A DNA stretch of 64,000 bases from Bdellovibrionota bacterium. Its GTDB lineage: Bacteria; Bdellovibrionota_C; UBA2361; JAAYZI01. The number at the start of each line of letters is the position of its first letter. The stretch's first letter is position 1. The notes under the pieces are model-generated. The model was not told where the DNA came from, did not search any database, and saw only the letters and a list, made by a program, of their open reading frames with translations. This document shows, piece after piece, positions 30,853-41,843 of the stretch. The position numbers and the translations under genes were made by a program. The stretch lies in NCBI GenBank assembly GCA_050950765.1, contig JBMNIF010000003.1:512001-576000 (forward strand). Reading direction: 5' to 3'.

Positions 30853-31644
30853 CCTGTCTTCAGTTACAGCCCGTTCAACTGTCCCATAATAAGGGACTCC
30901 TTTATTTATGATATGACTGATATTTTTCGGTCTCATTAATCGCCACTTCGGATCATAACTATTATTGTCATGATCTCTTGAAAGATAGCGATCTGCTTTA
31001 GGGATATTTTTTTTGCATGTTTCAAAAAACAGATCGGAAAGTCCAAAAGAATCATTGAATTGTTCTAAGATAAATCCAGTTTTTTGATACAAAAATCCGA
31101 TATTGTAATTTTCTAAAGCAAGCAATAATTTATCTTCATCTAAAGAGGGAACTAATACAAGGCAACGTAAAAATTCTTCCAACCCTCCGATTTGATCAAT
31201 TGTATCGATGCTGTCGATGACGGTTTGCTCTAAATTTGTAACAGTAACACCTCTCAATTTTTCTGTTTGTACATCGCCTTTAGGAGCTTTACGTCGATAA
31301 GTGATTCCGTCATATTCAAAATCTTTAAAGCGGCTTTGTGTCGTTATATAAACTTCATAAAATACTTGATTGGCATAACCGTATATCTCAAACGCACTGT
31401 GGTGAGAGACACAGGCATCGGGGAACAAACGACTTCCTATTTCATAACGTGATAAAAGCGGCTGTTTATTTTCGATACTGATGACGACATAAAAATTATG
31501 GCGTACACGCTCGATGTAACCTTTTTTTTGATATTGTTGTAAAATGGTAGCTGTTGAATTATCTTTGAGATTTAACGCACTTGAAAGCTCACCACGAGAA
31601 AAGCTTCCCAGATCGACCATTCTTTCATAGTATTTCATGAACAA
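30844..31644 (-). CDS. AbiEi-family (type IV TA) antitoxin/transcriptional regulator
   Basis: N-terminal wHTH (KGYIERVRHNFY), VSHHSAFEIYG, VTNLEQTVIDSID, YQKTGFIL. Confidence 0.8.
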   Translation of the reverse strand: MFMKYYERMVDLGSFSRGELSSALNLKDNSTATILQQYQKKGYIERVRHNFYVVISIENKQPLLSRYEIGSRLFPDACVSHHSAFEIYGYANQVFYEVYITTQSRFKDFEYDGITYRRKAPKGDVQTEKLRGVTVTNLEQTVIDSIDTIDQIGGLEEFLRCLVLVPSLDEDKLLLALENYNIGFLYQKTGFILEQFNDSFGLSDLFFETCKKNIPKADRYLSRDHDNNSYDPKWRLMRPKNISHIINKGVPYYGTVERAVTEDRIS

Positions 31645-31832
31645 GCCCCCCTTGTATTTTTTAATTCTTTTTTAATTTTAGCGCAATATGACTTAAAAAG
31701 AAATATTTTTATGCAAAAAATAAAAAAGGGTTGGCTGTTCCTGAAGGGTTACTCTAAATTCGCCAAGCTTTAAGCTTTTACTAATATCTTGATATTATTA
31801 GCTATTATGATTTTAGAGCTTGGGTCTCCTCC

Positions 31833-32459
31833 CTACTCATTAATAAATTCGTTTAGAAGTTGGTCTCTAATCTCTTTATACCTTTTGTCAGGGGTGGGGG
31901 TCGGTTGTAACGTTGTAGAGTCAAAAAGGTGCGGCTCCTCCTGCTCTATCCCTTGCCCCATCTCTTGCTCTACTTCCAACTCTGTTGCTGTATCACTATC
32001 CGTAGTTACAGCAACATCCTCTCCCTCTACGGAGAGATCCATCTTTAACGGCTCTACCGTCTCTACTTTTAAATCTTCTTCATATTTATCACGAAGATCT
32101 TCAAGAGGTGTTGCTTCTTCTGGCGGTGTAACGCTCACTGTTAAAAGCGATCTCTGTTTAGGATCTACTAAAAGCCCTTCAGAAATCGTTATCTTATCCC
32201 CTTTTTTTAGCCTATAACTACTAAGATTCTGATTTAATTTAGCAAGAAGGTGCCAGTTTGCAGCGGAACCTGTCAGTCGACGCGCTACGGAGGCTAAAGT
32301 TTCCCCATCCTTTTCAACAGTATAGGTATAATATAAGTCCTGTTTTTGCACACTGCCAACAACATGATCCGAGGCATGACGCTGCCCTCCCCCACTACAC
32401 GCAGAAATAAAAATCATCGGCAATATATTCGGCAATATATATAGCAGCTTCTTCTTCAC
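31833..32459 (-). CDS. LysM-domain lipoprotein
   Basis: Lipobox ISAC; YTV..GETLASVA...W..LAKLN...L..GDKITI. Confidence 0.75.
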   Translation of the reverse strand: MKKKLLYILPNILPMIFISACSGGGQRHASDHVVGSVQKQDLYYTYTVEKDGETLASVARRLTGSAANWHLLAKLNQNLSSYRLKKGDKITISEGLLVDPKQRSLLTVSVTPPEEATPLEDLRDKYEEDLKVETVEPLKMDLSVEGEDVAVTTDSDTATELEVEQEMGQGIEQEEPHLFDSTTLQPTPTPDKRYKEIRDQLLNEFINE

Positions 32460-32695
32460 ACTTTCCCTCGTCTTAAATATATAAAACTTTGTCGGATTTA
32501 TGATATCACGACACCGCTAAAAGAGGGATCCCTCTATTGTTCTTTTTAATACGTGTTGCCTTAAAAATAGATGACTCTGAAAATTTATAACGAAATAATA
32601 AAGTCTCCTTGCTTTTACAATACTTTTTGCAATACCCTCAAGATCGTTGTTTTTACAACTTCCATAAAAACTAATAGCTACGGAGATTAAATATT

Positions 32696-33178
32696 ATGAG
32701 CCCTCAAGTTTTAATAGTTATCGGATCAAAATCAGACCACGAGGTAATGAAAGAAACCGCCGCCACCTTAACCACCTTCGGTGTAGAATCTGAATACCGT
32801 GTAGCCTCCGCACACAGAGCTCCCAAACTCGTTTCCGAGCTAGCTACCACCGCTAAAAAGCGTGGTATAAAAGTTATTATTGCGGGGGCAGGCGCTGCCG
32901 CCCACTTAGCTGGTGTTATTGCAGCACAAACCACCCTCCCCGTTATCGGCGTTCCTATGCAAACATCTTCCCTAAACGGGATGGACTCCCTACTTTCAAT
33001 CGTTCAGATGCCAAGCGGAGTTCCCGTTGCGACCGTAGCTATCGGAAAGGCTGGAGCGAAAAATGCTGCCATCTTAGCAGTTCAGATCCTAGCTTTAGCA
33101 GATGAAGCATTAGCTGAACGTTTTGAAGCATTTAAAGCAAAACAGAGTGAAGATGCTCAAAATGTGAGTTTAGAATAA
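32696..33178 (+). CDS. purE: N5-carboxyaminoimidazole ribonucleotide mutase
   Basis: GSKSD, SAHRAP, AGAGAAAHLAG, QMPSGVPVA. Confidence 0.97.
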   Translation: MSPQVLIVIGSKSDHEVMKETAATLTTFGVESEYRVASAHRAPKLVSELATTAKKRGIKVIIAGAGAAAHLAGVIAAQTTLPVIGVPMQTSSLNGMDSLLSIVQMPSGVPVATVAIGKAGAKNAAILAVQILALADEALAERFEAFKAKQSEDAQNVSLE

Positions 33179-33337
33179 GCCTCCTACACAAAAAAATATT
33201 GAAGCTTTTCCTCCCATTTATTCATCTAAGTAATCAGAACTATTTTCTTTTTATGTCGGTCAAGCGATCAAGTCAGAAGAGAAGATATTAAAGTATCGTT
33301 TCTGTTCAGATCTAGATGTTAGAGCGGAGTTTCTGTT

Positions 33338-34033
33338 ATGGCTTCAAATGTTATAATCATTGATGATGACGAGTGTTTCAGAAAGATAGTAGAGCTAAAG
33401 CTACGCTCCTTTATCCCTAATCTGAACTGTCGCATCTTCGAAAATATCGTAACAGCAAGAGCATTTTTACAAGATAACGCACAAGATAATGCACCACAGA
33501 TCGATCTGGTCATCCTTGATGAACATTTACCGGATGGACGTGGTACTGATCTTCTATCAGAAGGGTGGTTTTCAAATCTGGCGGTATTGATGATCAGCTC
33601 CGACACTGCGGCTGAGATGCCAGGAGCTTCGATTGAAGCAGGTGCTATGTTTTTTATAAACAAGGTTCAGGTTCGAGAAGACCTTTTTAAACCTCTTGTC
33701 CTCGGCATTATTGAACGGAGTAAACTTCTAAAAGAGCTCAACGTTGCCAGATCAAAAGCCATCAAAATGGAAACGATAAAAACCTTAATCGCAACTTTAA
33801 AACATGAGATTAACAACCCACTCGGTGCTGTTTTAGGCGCTGCTTACGTTATGCGCAACAATCCTAACGCCGATAAAGAGCAGCTTGAGGCAGCAGAGTT
33901 AGTAGAAGAGAGTGGGCAACGTATAAAACACGTTTTGGATCAATTGTGCCAAGCTGCAGATATTGAGTCCGTCAATAAGGCCAATCATCAAGTCTTTCAG
34001 ATCCCTGGAGATAAACCTTGGGGTGCAAAATAA
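33338..34033 (+). CDS. Receiver plus HisKA (DHp) protein lacking an ATPase domain
   Basis: IIDDD, LDEHLPDG receiver; LKHEINNPL H-box; ends about 70 aa later. Confidence 0.8.
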   Translation: MASNVIIIDDDECFRKIVELKLRSFIPNLNCRIFENIVTARAFLQDNAQDNAPQIDLVILDEHLPDGRGTDLLSEGWFSNLAVLMISSDTAAEMPGASIEAGAMFFINKVQVREDLFKPLVLGIIERSKLLKELNVARSKAIKMETIKTLIATLKHEINNPLGAVLGAAYVMRNNPNADKEQLEAAELVEESGQRIKHVLDQLCQAADIESVNKANHQVFQIPGDKPWGAK

Positions 34034-34239
34034 GCAACTGAAGACGACTTCACCTTAGAAACTACAAAAAGTAGTTGTGCGATCATTTTTTATGATCAAA
34101 ACAGATAAAAAAGAGGTCTTGCTATCTTTTGTCCTTTTCAAATATATCAGTATAATGACAAAATCTCTGGTCTCTGTTGTCTCCTAATTTTTTAAGTTGT
34201 CTTTTGTGTGGATCAGATCCGACTTTTTGAGGTTTATTT

Positions 34240-34983
34240 ATGAGAAGCAAAAATATTTTTTCAGCAGCTATCCTCTTAGCGTTAGTTATCACCTCTCCTC
34301 TTCAAGCAGAAAGTATCATCGCGCAAGGTGTCGCCGGAGATATGGATTCTCACAGCCGTAGCCCCGTTTTAACTGTTAGCACGGAAACAGCCACAGACAA
34401 TGTAAAGATCTTAGCAGATGCTTACGTTCAAAGCCCTGAGTTCGCCAAATATCCGTTACGTTTTGATTTTTTTATCAATCGCAAACTTTTTGCCAGTCAG
34501 ATCAGATCTCCTGAACTCCCTGGTGCAGTCGGTGTTGATATCGGCCCCGATGTCGCCGTTCCTCCTTTTAATTACGCCGTTGTAGTTGAAATGATCCATC
34601 CAAACAGAACGTTTACAAGTGTTGTGCAAGGTGCCGTTTATGAAAACAACTTAACAAAAGCCTACGCTTGCACGGCTTCTTTAATAACGGAAGATAATCA
34701 AGTGTTAACATTTAGTGACACCTCCGTTGAAGCTCTCCAAACGGCAGGCAACGTTTTTTCAATGACCTTTAATGGTGTTTCAAGTACAAACGATACTTTA
34801 GATCTTACAAGCACCATTACGCTAGCTACGGATAATAAAGCTCTCTATTCTGAATTAAATCTAACTTATAACGGAGAGACTACCAACTTAACAGGTGCAG
34901 GCAGCGCTGAAACAGATGCTAATAGAATTTCCGCATTTGAATTAACATCAAGCGACGGAACATTAACACTTAGGTGCTCTTAA
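34240..34983 (+). CDS. Hypothetical exported protein
   Basis: Signal peptide (…PLQA); GAGG RBS. Confidence 0.65.
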   Translation: MRSKNIFSAAILLALVITSPLQAESIIAQGVAGDMDSHSRSPVLTVSTETATDNVKILADAYVQSPEFAKYPLRFDFFINRKLFASQIRSPELPGAVGVDIGPDVAVPPFNYAVVVEMIHPNRTFTSVVQGAVYENNLTKAYACTASLITEDNQVLTFSDTSVEALQTAGNVFSMTFNGVSSTNDTLDLTSTITLATDNKALYSELNLTYNGETTNLTGAGSAETDANRISAFELTSSDGTLTLRCS

Positions 34984-35016
34984 TAAATTAAATACTAAAA
35001 GCTCATTAAAGAGTGA

Positions 35017-35091
35017 TAGCCGATGACACCCCTTAATGTTATCGGCTAATAAAAACAAAATTAGGCGGTACCATTATTTGAGACCGCCTAA
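35017..35091. terminator. Two adjacent hairpins between convergent genes
   Basis: TAGCCGATGACA…TGTTATCGGCTA (35017-35048) and TTAGGCGGT…ACCGCCTAA (35061-35091). Confidence 0.7.
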
Positions 35092-35121
35092 GAAACTTGA
35101 AAATCACAAGTAGACTAAAAA

Positions 35122-35346
35122 CTATTTTTTAGCAACTTTAGCTTGATAATCTTTAAATTTAGCTTTGAACTTATCAATACGTCCTTCAGTATCGACGATC
35201 TTCTGCTTGCCGGTATAAAACGGATGACACTCGGCACAAACGTTGATATGAACTTCCGGAACTGCGGCACCTATCGTAAAAGTATTGCCACAACCACCAC
35301 AAGTAACTTGGCACTGATAATATTTAGGATGAATATTCTCTTTCAT
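35122..35346 (-). CDS. rpmE: 50S ribosomal protein L31 (Zn-binding type)
   Basis: MKENIHPKY, CGGCG, CAECHPFYTGKQK, GRIDKF. Confidence 0.97.
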   Translation of the reverse strand: MKENIHPKYYQCQVTCGGCGNTFTIGAAVPEVHINVCAECHPFYTGKQKIVDTEGRIDKFKAKFKDYQAKVAKK

Positions 35347-35409
35347 GACGACAACCTCGAAAAAATGCTACATAGCGCTGCGTATTTGTATAAAAGTACG
35401 CAAAAAGAG

Positions 35410-35820
35410 TCAAGACTCCGCAACGCCCTTCAAAAACGCCTCTTCAAAATCAGTAGATATAGCTATCGCTCGCTTTAACTGACTGGAAAGACACATAAAC
35501 TCAACTTTAGCCACCACAGCATCCTTACCCTTTGGATTGATAATACGTTGTGAAACAACAACTCTTCTTTTATCAAGCATTTGCGGATTTTCAACGGTAA
35601 CTAAATGGAGCCCCTCTTTAACCTCTCGTTTATACTTTACTTCTATGGCAGAGACCACCAGCAACAAGCCCTGATCTATAAAATAGCTTAATGGGAATCC
35701 GACCGCACTTAAATATTCACACCTACTCCGTTCTAAATAACGCAACATCTCTCCGTGATGGACGTGATAATACGGCGGCTCAAAAACATCTTCTGTAACT
35801 TCAACTTCAATCTTAAACAT
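35410..35820 (-). CDS. Acyl-CoA thioesterase (YbgC/4HBT hot-dog fold)
   Basis: HVHHGEMLRYLERSR, EVKYKR pattern. Confidence 0.75.
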   Translation of the reverse strand: MFKIEVEVTEDVFEPPYYHVHHGEMLRYLERSRCEYLSAVGFPLSYFIDQGLLLVVSAIEVKYKREVKEGLHLVTVENPQMLDKRRVVVSQRIINPKGKDAVVAKVEFMCLSSQLKRAIAISTDFEEAFLKGVAES

Positions 35821-35878
35821 CTTACACCCAACAATCACTAATCTCAATTTCTGTTTTTAAAAAATAGGAACGTCAAAG

Positions 35879-38254
35879 TTATATTAACGCATGCTCTAAG
35901 ACTTCATCAATAGAACTGACGGTAATAAAGTGTACTTTATCTCGTTGTGCCTTAGGAATTTCTTCCAAATCCTTAATATTTTCTGCAGGAATAATAATCT
36001 TTTTTATTCCGAAACGGATAGCAGCTAAAGCCTTCTCCTTAATTCCACCTACACCCAAGACCTGTCCACGTAACGTGATCTCTCCCGTCATTGCGATACC
36101 TTTTGAAACTTTCCTATCACAGAGCGCTGAAACAAGCGCAGTAACTATCGTTACTCCGGCTGAAGGCCCATCCTTCGGTGTAGCACCGTGCGGTACATGA
36201 ATATGAATATCCGTATGTTGATAAAAATCAGGATCTATCCCCAATGTCATAGCGTTAGCGCGTGCATAAAACATAGCCGCTTTTGCTGATTCCTGCATAA
36301 CGTTTCCAAGATGTCCCGTTAAAGTCAGTTCGCCTTTACCACTCGCTATCTGCGCCTCTATCGGCATAACTTCACCCCCCATCACGGTCCAAGCAAGTCC
36401 GTTAGCAACACCGACGCTATCTTCTTTTAGCCCCTGCTCCGCTTCATATTTCGTCACACCTAAAAGTTTTACTACCTTTTCTCTATCAATATTTTTTTCA
36501 ATCTTTGAAGTTTCTACCAACTCTCGCGCCAACTTTCGGCATAATGATGCGATCTCCCGATCAAGATTTCTTACACCCGCTTCTCTTGTATAGTGTTCAA
36601 TCAAATAGATGATAGCATCCTTTTCAAAGGTTATTTTCTGCTTTGAAAGCCCCTGCGCTTCGATCTGTCTCGGGATTAAAAATTTCTTAGCGATATTAAA
36701 TTTACTCTCAGTGGTGTAGCCGCTGATGTAAATCACCTCTAAGCGATCTAAGAGAGCATCAGGGATAGTATCTACCGTATTAGCTGTGGCAACAAACAAC
36801 ACATCCGAGAGATCAAACGGTAAGTTTAAATAGTGATCTCTAAACTGTTTATTCTGTTCTGGATCTAAGATCTCCAAGAGTGCTGCTGCTGGATCTCCCC
36901 GATAATCAGCACCGACCTTATCCAATTCATCCAAGACAAAAACGGGATTACAACTCTTAACCTCCTTCAACCCCTGAATGATCCTTCCTGGTAGGGCTCC
37001 AACATACGTCCTGCGGTGTCCTCGAATCTCCGCTTCATCACGCACACCACCCAGAGACATTCTAAAAAACTTTCTATTCAGTGCTCGTGCTATGGAACGT
37101 CCTAAGGAAGTTTTACCAACTCCTGGGGGACCTACAAAACACAAGATCGGCCCTTTGGAATCATCTTTTAACTTTCTAACACTTAGATACTCAAGGATAC
37201 GGTCTTTAGGTTGTTCCAATCCGAAGTGATCAGCATTCAAGATCTTTTTAGCAGCTGCTAAATCAATCGTATCAACTGTTTTTTCATTCCACGGTAAATC
37301 TACGATCCACTCCAGATAAGTTCGCAACATAGCATATTCGCTACTTTCCGGATGCATTCTTTCTAAACGCGCCAACTGTTTATCCGCTTCCAGCCTAACC
37401 TCATCTGAAAAATCCTTATTGGCTAAGGCATTTTTCAAGACTGCGATATCTTCGGAAGAACCGTTAGCACCACCGAGCACCTGCTGAATCTGTCGCAGCT
37501 GTTCGCGCAGATAATATTGATTTTGCTCATCTATTAAAGCTTCTTCAGTGCGTGCCTTTATCTCTCGCATTGCAAGAGCACCTTTTAAATGTTCAGAAAT
37601 AAGTTTACCCGCAGCCTCTAAAAGCTCCAGCGGAGTAGCTTTTTCCAAGAGCTCCTGTGCTGCCTTAGAATCTAATCTAAAATGAGCGAGTATCACGTAA
37701 GCTATTGAGATAGGATCGTTAACATCTTCTAAAACTAACGACATCTCTTCTGGTGCCTGCCCGCAACTAACCAAAAACTCCACATTTTGCAAAATCGCCG
37801 TTGTTAACTCTTTAACACGTCGATTCCTCATCGAAAGCGAAGCGCTTTTTGAAATTTTAATCTGTGCTGAAATCAAATTTTTAACTGTTTTGTATTGAAC
37901 AACTTTCGCTTTTGTAATTCCTTGCAAAATTAGTTTAATCTGACCTTTTTCCAGATTAAACATCCTTATAATGGAAGCAACGACACCGACCTTGTACAAG
38001 TTGGCACAGATGTCTTCTGAATTGGCTACTTCTTTTTCAGCAACAAGTAGAACTAGACCCTCATGTTTTGCCGCATACTCTAAGGCTTTTATCCCCTCTT
38101 CTCTCTCAAGACAAACTGCCATCACTACTTCCGGAAAGGGAACCATATCACCCGTTGGCATTACCGCTAATTTTTCAGGGATATCTATCGTTTTCACTTC
38201 ACAACTAACGGGCTCTGATGTTTTCTTCTTTGTCTTCTTTACTTTTACCGCCAT
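35879..38254 (-). CDS. lon: ATP-dependent Lon protease
   Basis: GPPGVGKTS, GHRRTYVGALPG, LDELDK, PKDGPSAG, GGIKEK. Confidence 0.96.
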   Translation of the reverse strand: MAVKVKKTKKKTSEPVSCEVKTIDIPEKLAVMPTGDMVPFPEVVMAVCLEREEGIKALEYAAKHEGLVLLVAEKEVANSEDICANLYKVGVVASIIRMFNLEKGQIKLILQGITKAKVVQYKTVKNLISAQIKISKSASLSMRNRRVKELTTAILQNVEFLVSCGQAPEEMSLVLEDVNDPISIAYVILAHFRLDSKAAQELLEKATPLELLEAAGKLISEHLKGALAMREIKARTEEALIDEQNQYYLREQLRQIQQVLGGANGSSEDIAVLKNALANKDFSDEVRLEADKQLARLERMHPESSEYAMLRTYLEWIVDLPWNEKTVDTIDLAAAKKILNADHFGLEQPKDRILEYLSVRKLKDDSKGPILCFVGPPGVGKTSLGRSIARALNRKFFRMSLGGVRDEAEIRGHRRTYVGALPGRIIQGLKEVKSCNPVFVLDELDKVGADYRGDPAAALLEILDPEQNKQFRDHYLNLPFDLSDVLFVATANTVDTIPDALLDRLEVIYISGYTTESKFNIAKKFLIPRQIEAQGLSKQKITFEKDAIIYLIEHYTREAGVRNLDREIASLCRKLARELVETSKIEKNIDREKVVKLLGVTKYEAEQGLKEDSVGVANGLAWTVMGGEVMPIEAQIASGKGELTLTGHLGNVMQESAKAAMFYARANAMTLGIDPDFYQHTDIHIHVPHGATPKDGPSAGVTIVTALVSALCDRKVSKGIAMTGEITLRGQVLGVGGIKEKALAAIRFGIKKIIIPAENIKDLEEIPKAQRDKVHFITVSSIDEVLEHALI

Positions 38255-38315
38255 AAAAAACCTCGCTCTACCTCTATAAAATCATCCTATCTTTTTGCCC
38301 GCTATCCTCTCACGC

Positions 38316-40166
38316 TTATCTTCCGACATACATCGGTGAAGCTTGCGCCTTATTAAGATGCACAAAGGTACCGTTTTGATATTGAATAACCGCCAATTTT
38401 CTAAACAATTCTCCGTTCCCGCTATAAGCGATCACTCCTGTCACTCCGTTATAATGATCGATCTCTTGTAATGCCTGTACAAACGACATCCCCGTTGATC
38501 TCTGTTTTTGCAAAGCAGCCACAACCAACGTTGCAACATCAAAACCTTGTGCTGCCATAAAATCAGGAGCACTTCCAAAACGACGTTGGTACGTCGTAAC
38601 GAAATTTTGCACCAACTGATCTGTGTCCTGCATAAAGAACGGCGTCACAAAAATCGCATTGTTCATCAATTGTTTGGAGCGTGCTAATTTATCGGCATCA
38701 TCCCAAGCGGGAGTACCTAATAGTTTTATCCGTGCCCGCAACTGTTCAGGAAGCGCTTGCATAAATGTAACTGCACTATCGATATCTGCCGGAAAGAAAA
38801 CTCCTTCTACATCCAACTGTTGCAGTGCTTGTCCAACCGACATAAACGAAGCACTATCAGCGACGTGATAAGATGCTTCATAAACAACTTCTAAACGCAT
38901 CCTTCCTGCTATAATTTTAAAGATATTGGCATACTCAAATCCGTTTTCATTAGCAGGGTAGATCAAGGCATACTTTGTCATCCCTAAGGTAGCATAAGTT
39001 TTTTCCAGCAACGACATTACCTGCGACGGCGTTGTTGTTCCTAAACGAAAGACACTACCACCTGCTGCAAAATCACTTTTTTTAGATAGCGCCACCATCG
39101 GAATATTATTTTGTGCAGCGACAGTAGCGGCAGCGGCTGCTGGAGTTGCTAGTAATGGTCCAATCACAACTGAGGCTTCACGTCGAACCACCATTTCATT
39201 GATGTGTCTTGTAGCCTGCGCAGCATCTCCCTTAGTATCAAGATAATTAACGGTGATACCATCATTCCTACCATCAAGCACCAAAGAGATACCGTTACGA
39301 GAGCTTGTTCCCAGCCTGCCATAAGGACCTGTCAAAGGTAGTAACGCCACGATATTTGCAGGTTGCTGAATAGTAGTTGTAGCCGCTGTTGCTGAATCGG
39401 GAGCACCTCCAACGCTACCCAGCATATTTGTAGCACCATCGTGTGGCGTTAAAGTTTCAGCACGCCTCCTATTTTCTCGTCCGATAGCACCACTGATAAA
39501 AGTATCTGAAAGCCACTGCGACGGTAGATCATACAACTTTTCATCTGAGAGGCTACGCAAAATAAGATCAACTCCCGTCCGTGCAGAAGTAGAAATTTTA
39601 GCGTTGCCTGCTGCCGTTCTAAAAGCGCGTGATAACCAAGCTAAAGCTTGATTGATATCGCCCGATCTGCCGTAAGCATAACCAAAGACTATTGAGAATG
39701 GTGGTTTTACGGTATCAACTCCCCTCCCTTCCTGTGCAAAGTATTTACTTAAAATAGCGAGAGACTCTCGCGCTCTATCTTGAGAGAGTTCCGCTGCAGA
39801 GATTCGTAGTATAGCCACCTCTTCTTCTGCCGGAGAAAGGATATCCCCTGCCGTCTCCGCCTTTAAGTATTCTCCTATCGCTTGATTCTTTAAACCTTGA
39901 CTGAAATATTCATCACCCAAAGCAAGAAAACGGTTCTGCAATGGACGACCGTACAGATCATAACCTAAGGAGAAGACCTCCCACGGTTTTTCATCTCTTC
40001 TAGCAGCAAGAGTTTCATTTTCAGGTAATTTTATATCAGTTGTTTTATCTGGAAGAGTTACAGAATTAACGTGAGGCTCTCCATAATAGTGATCCGGTGT
40101 TTGATAACAGGCGGAAAGGAGAGCCAGCATCATTATCATAATAATAAAGTATAAACGATTTCTCAT
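38316..40166 (-). CDS. LpoA/LppC-like lipoprotein (penicillin-binding protein activator family)
   Basis: Lipobox LSAC; TPR-like N-half; ALLPLTG, VIGPL, GFD, GVTG periplasmic-binding fold. Confidence 0.75.
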   Translation of the reverse strand: MRNRLYFIIMIMMLALLSACYQTPDHYYGEPHVNSVTLPDKTTDIKLPENETLAARRDEKPWEVFSLGYDLYGRPLQNRFLALGDEYFSQGLKNQAIGEYLKAETAGDILSPAEEEVAILRISAAELSQDRARESLAILSKYFAQEGRGVDTVKPPFSIVFGYAYGRSGDINQALAWLSRAFRTAAGNAKISTSARTGVDLILRSLSDEKLYDLPSQWLSDTFISGAIGRENRRRAETLTPHDGATNMLGSVGGAPDSATAATTTIQQPANIVALLPLTGPYGRLGTSSRNGISLVLDGRNDGITVNYLDTKGDAAQATRHINEMVVRREASVVIGPLLATPAAAAATVAAQNNIPMVALSKKSDFAAGGSVFRLGTTTPSQVMSLLEKTYATLGMTKYALIYPANENGFEYANIFKIIAGRMRLEVVYEASYHVADSASFMSVGQALQQLDVEGVFFPADIDSAVTFMQALPEQLRARIKLLGTPAWDDADKLARSKQLMNNAIFVTPFFMQDTDQLVQNFVTTYQRRFGSAPDFMAAQGFDVATLVVAALQKQRSTGMSFVQALQEIDHYNGVTGVIAYSGNGELFRKLAVIQYQNGTFVHLNKAQASPMYVGR

Positions 40167-40538
40167 TGTAACAATCCTCTTAGCAAGTTCTAACAACGAC
40201 ATTTGCAGCCATACCGGTATGATCTTAACGCTGCCGCAACAGGTATATGCAAAAAATACGATAATTCTCTTAATTATCAATCGAGTGCCCTTTGTATGGC
40301 AACAGTAGTTTTGCACAATAGTGATAGATCAGATAGAGAAAATAGTGCGCAGAGAATGTCGACAAAAAACTTACAGGAAGAATAAAAATCGTCCGTCAGA
40401 TGCAACAATAAAAGTAAACAAAAATAAGAAGTTAGCACATTTTAGCAAGTGGCATTAATTTTATCTTTAGAATCCGTTTACAAGCTCCGATGATTATATA
40501 GTAGGGAAGGTACATATAAGGTGTACGCGCTTTATTAG

Positions 40539-41669
40539 ATGGAGACGTGTGTGGTGTCAGATGGTCGAGCTTCCATATTAGTTGTTGATGACAACCCTTT
40601 AATAGTCAACGTTCTTACGAGTTTACTTTCGTCACAAGATTATGATGTTTACTCATCAGCCAATGGCAAAGAAGCTTCTGATCTTTTAGAACATCACTCT
40701 GTCGACGTTATTGTCTGTGATGTAATGATGCCCGAGATGGATGGTTACGCTTTTCACGACTATGTTAGAAGCAAAGCTGAACTATCTCACATCCCGTTCG
40801 TTTTTCTAACAGCACTAGGAAGCTCTGGCGAATTGAATCACGGTCGAGAGTCAGGTGCTGATGACTACCTTGTTAAACCGTTTAACCCGCAAGACCTACT
40901 ATCTATTGTTAAGGGCAAGGTCATTCGCTCAAAGAGATTAAAAGCGCTTTCAGAGGAACGGTATGAATCTTTTCGAAAACGGGTCATTCACACCCTTTCT
41001 CATGAATTCAGAACACCTCTGGTTGCCATCAATACAGGGACGGAGTTACTTTTAGAGAATAAAGAGAAGTTCGAAGAGGTTTCGGAGCATGCCACAAAGC
41101 TTATTACTGCCATTCAGCACGGCGGTCAACGCTTGGAGAAACTTGTTACAGATTTCATGTTGCTGCAACAGTTGGAAGCAGGTGTCGCTCAGAGACTTTA
41201 TGAAAGTCGTGCTCAAAACTACACAGCAAAAGAGTTGATGGATGATCTACACTCATCAAATGAGTTGGAGCTACTAAAAGCCGGAGTGCAATTTTCCACC
41301 GTTGTTCAAGCACCTGATGCACAGATAAAGATCTTTGAGCCGCAAATTTTAGATGCACTTGGACGTTTGATTAATAATTCCATAAAATTTTCACAAGATA
41401 TAAAAGAGATTGAAGGTGTCTCATATACGAAAAATGATAAGGTATATTTTGAGATTAGAGATAGAGGCATCGGCATAGACCCCTCTCAGATTCAGGAAGC
41501 TCTCGCTGTATTCGGGCAGATTGATAGAGACACTATGGAACAACAGGGTGGCGGTATGGGGTTGGCGATAGCTGCTCGCTACGTCAAAATAAATAACGGC
41601 TCTCTTGAGTTTCATAAAAGAGATGGTGGAGGATCAATCGTCGCCGTAGTCCTTCCACTTATAGTTTAA
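40539..41669 (+). CDS. Receiver-histidine kinase hybrid
   Basis: VVDDN, DVMMPEMDG, KPF; SHEFRTPL; NSIKF, DRGIG, GMGL. Confidence 0.93.
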   Translation: METCVVSDGRASILVVDDNPLIVNVLTSLLSSQDYDVYSSANGKEASDLLEHHSVDVIVCDVMMPEMDGYAFHDYVRSKAELSHIPFVFLTALGSSGELNHGRESGADDYLVKPFNPQDLLSIVKGKVIRSKRLKALSEERYESFRKRVIHTLSHEFRTPLVAINTGTELLLENKEKFEEVSEHATKLITAIQHGGQRLEKLVTDFMLLQQLEAGVAQRLYESRAQNYTAKELMDDLHSSNELELLKAGVQFSTVVQAPDAQIKIFEPQILDALGRLINNSIKFSQDIKEIEGVSYTKNDKVYFEIRDRGIGIDPSQIQEALAVFGQIDRDTMEQQGGGMGLAIAARYVKINNGSLEFHKRDGGGSIVAVVLPLIV

Positions 41670-41843
41670 CTCTGCAACTTCTATTTTATTTTTAAAAGTT
41701 AGTGGTAAAAGATCTCTCTATTTAAACTTTTAATAGTTATTTTTTGCGATTAAAAATTCAATAGCCTTTATTAGAATTAAGAAACAGTCACTTTATAGTA
41801 TAGATAATGGAAAGAAGTAGTCGCGTTTTTTAAGAACCTCCTC

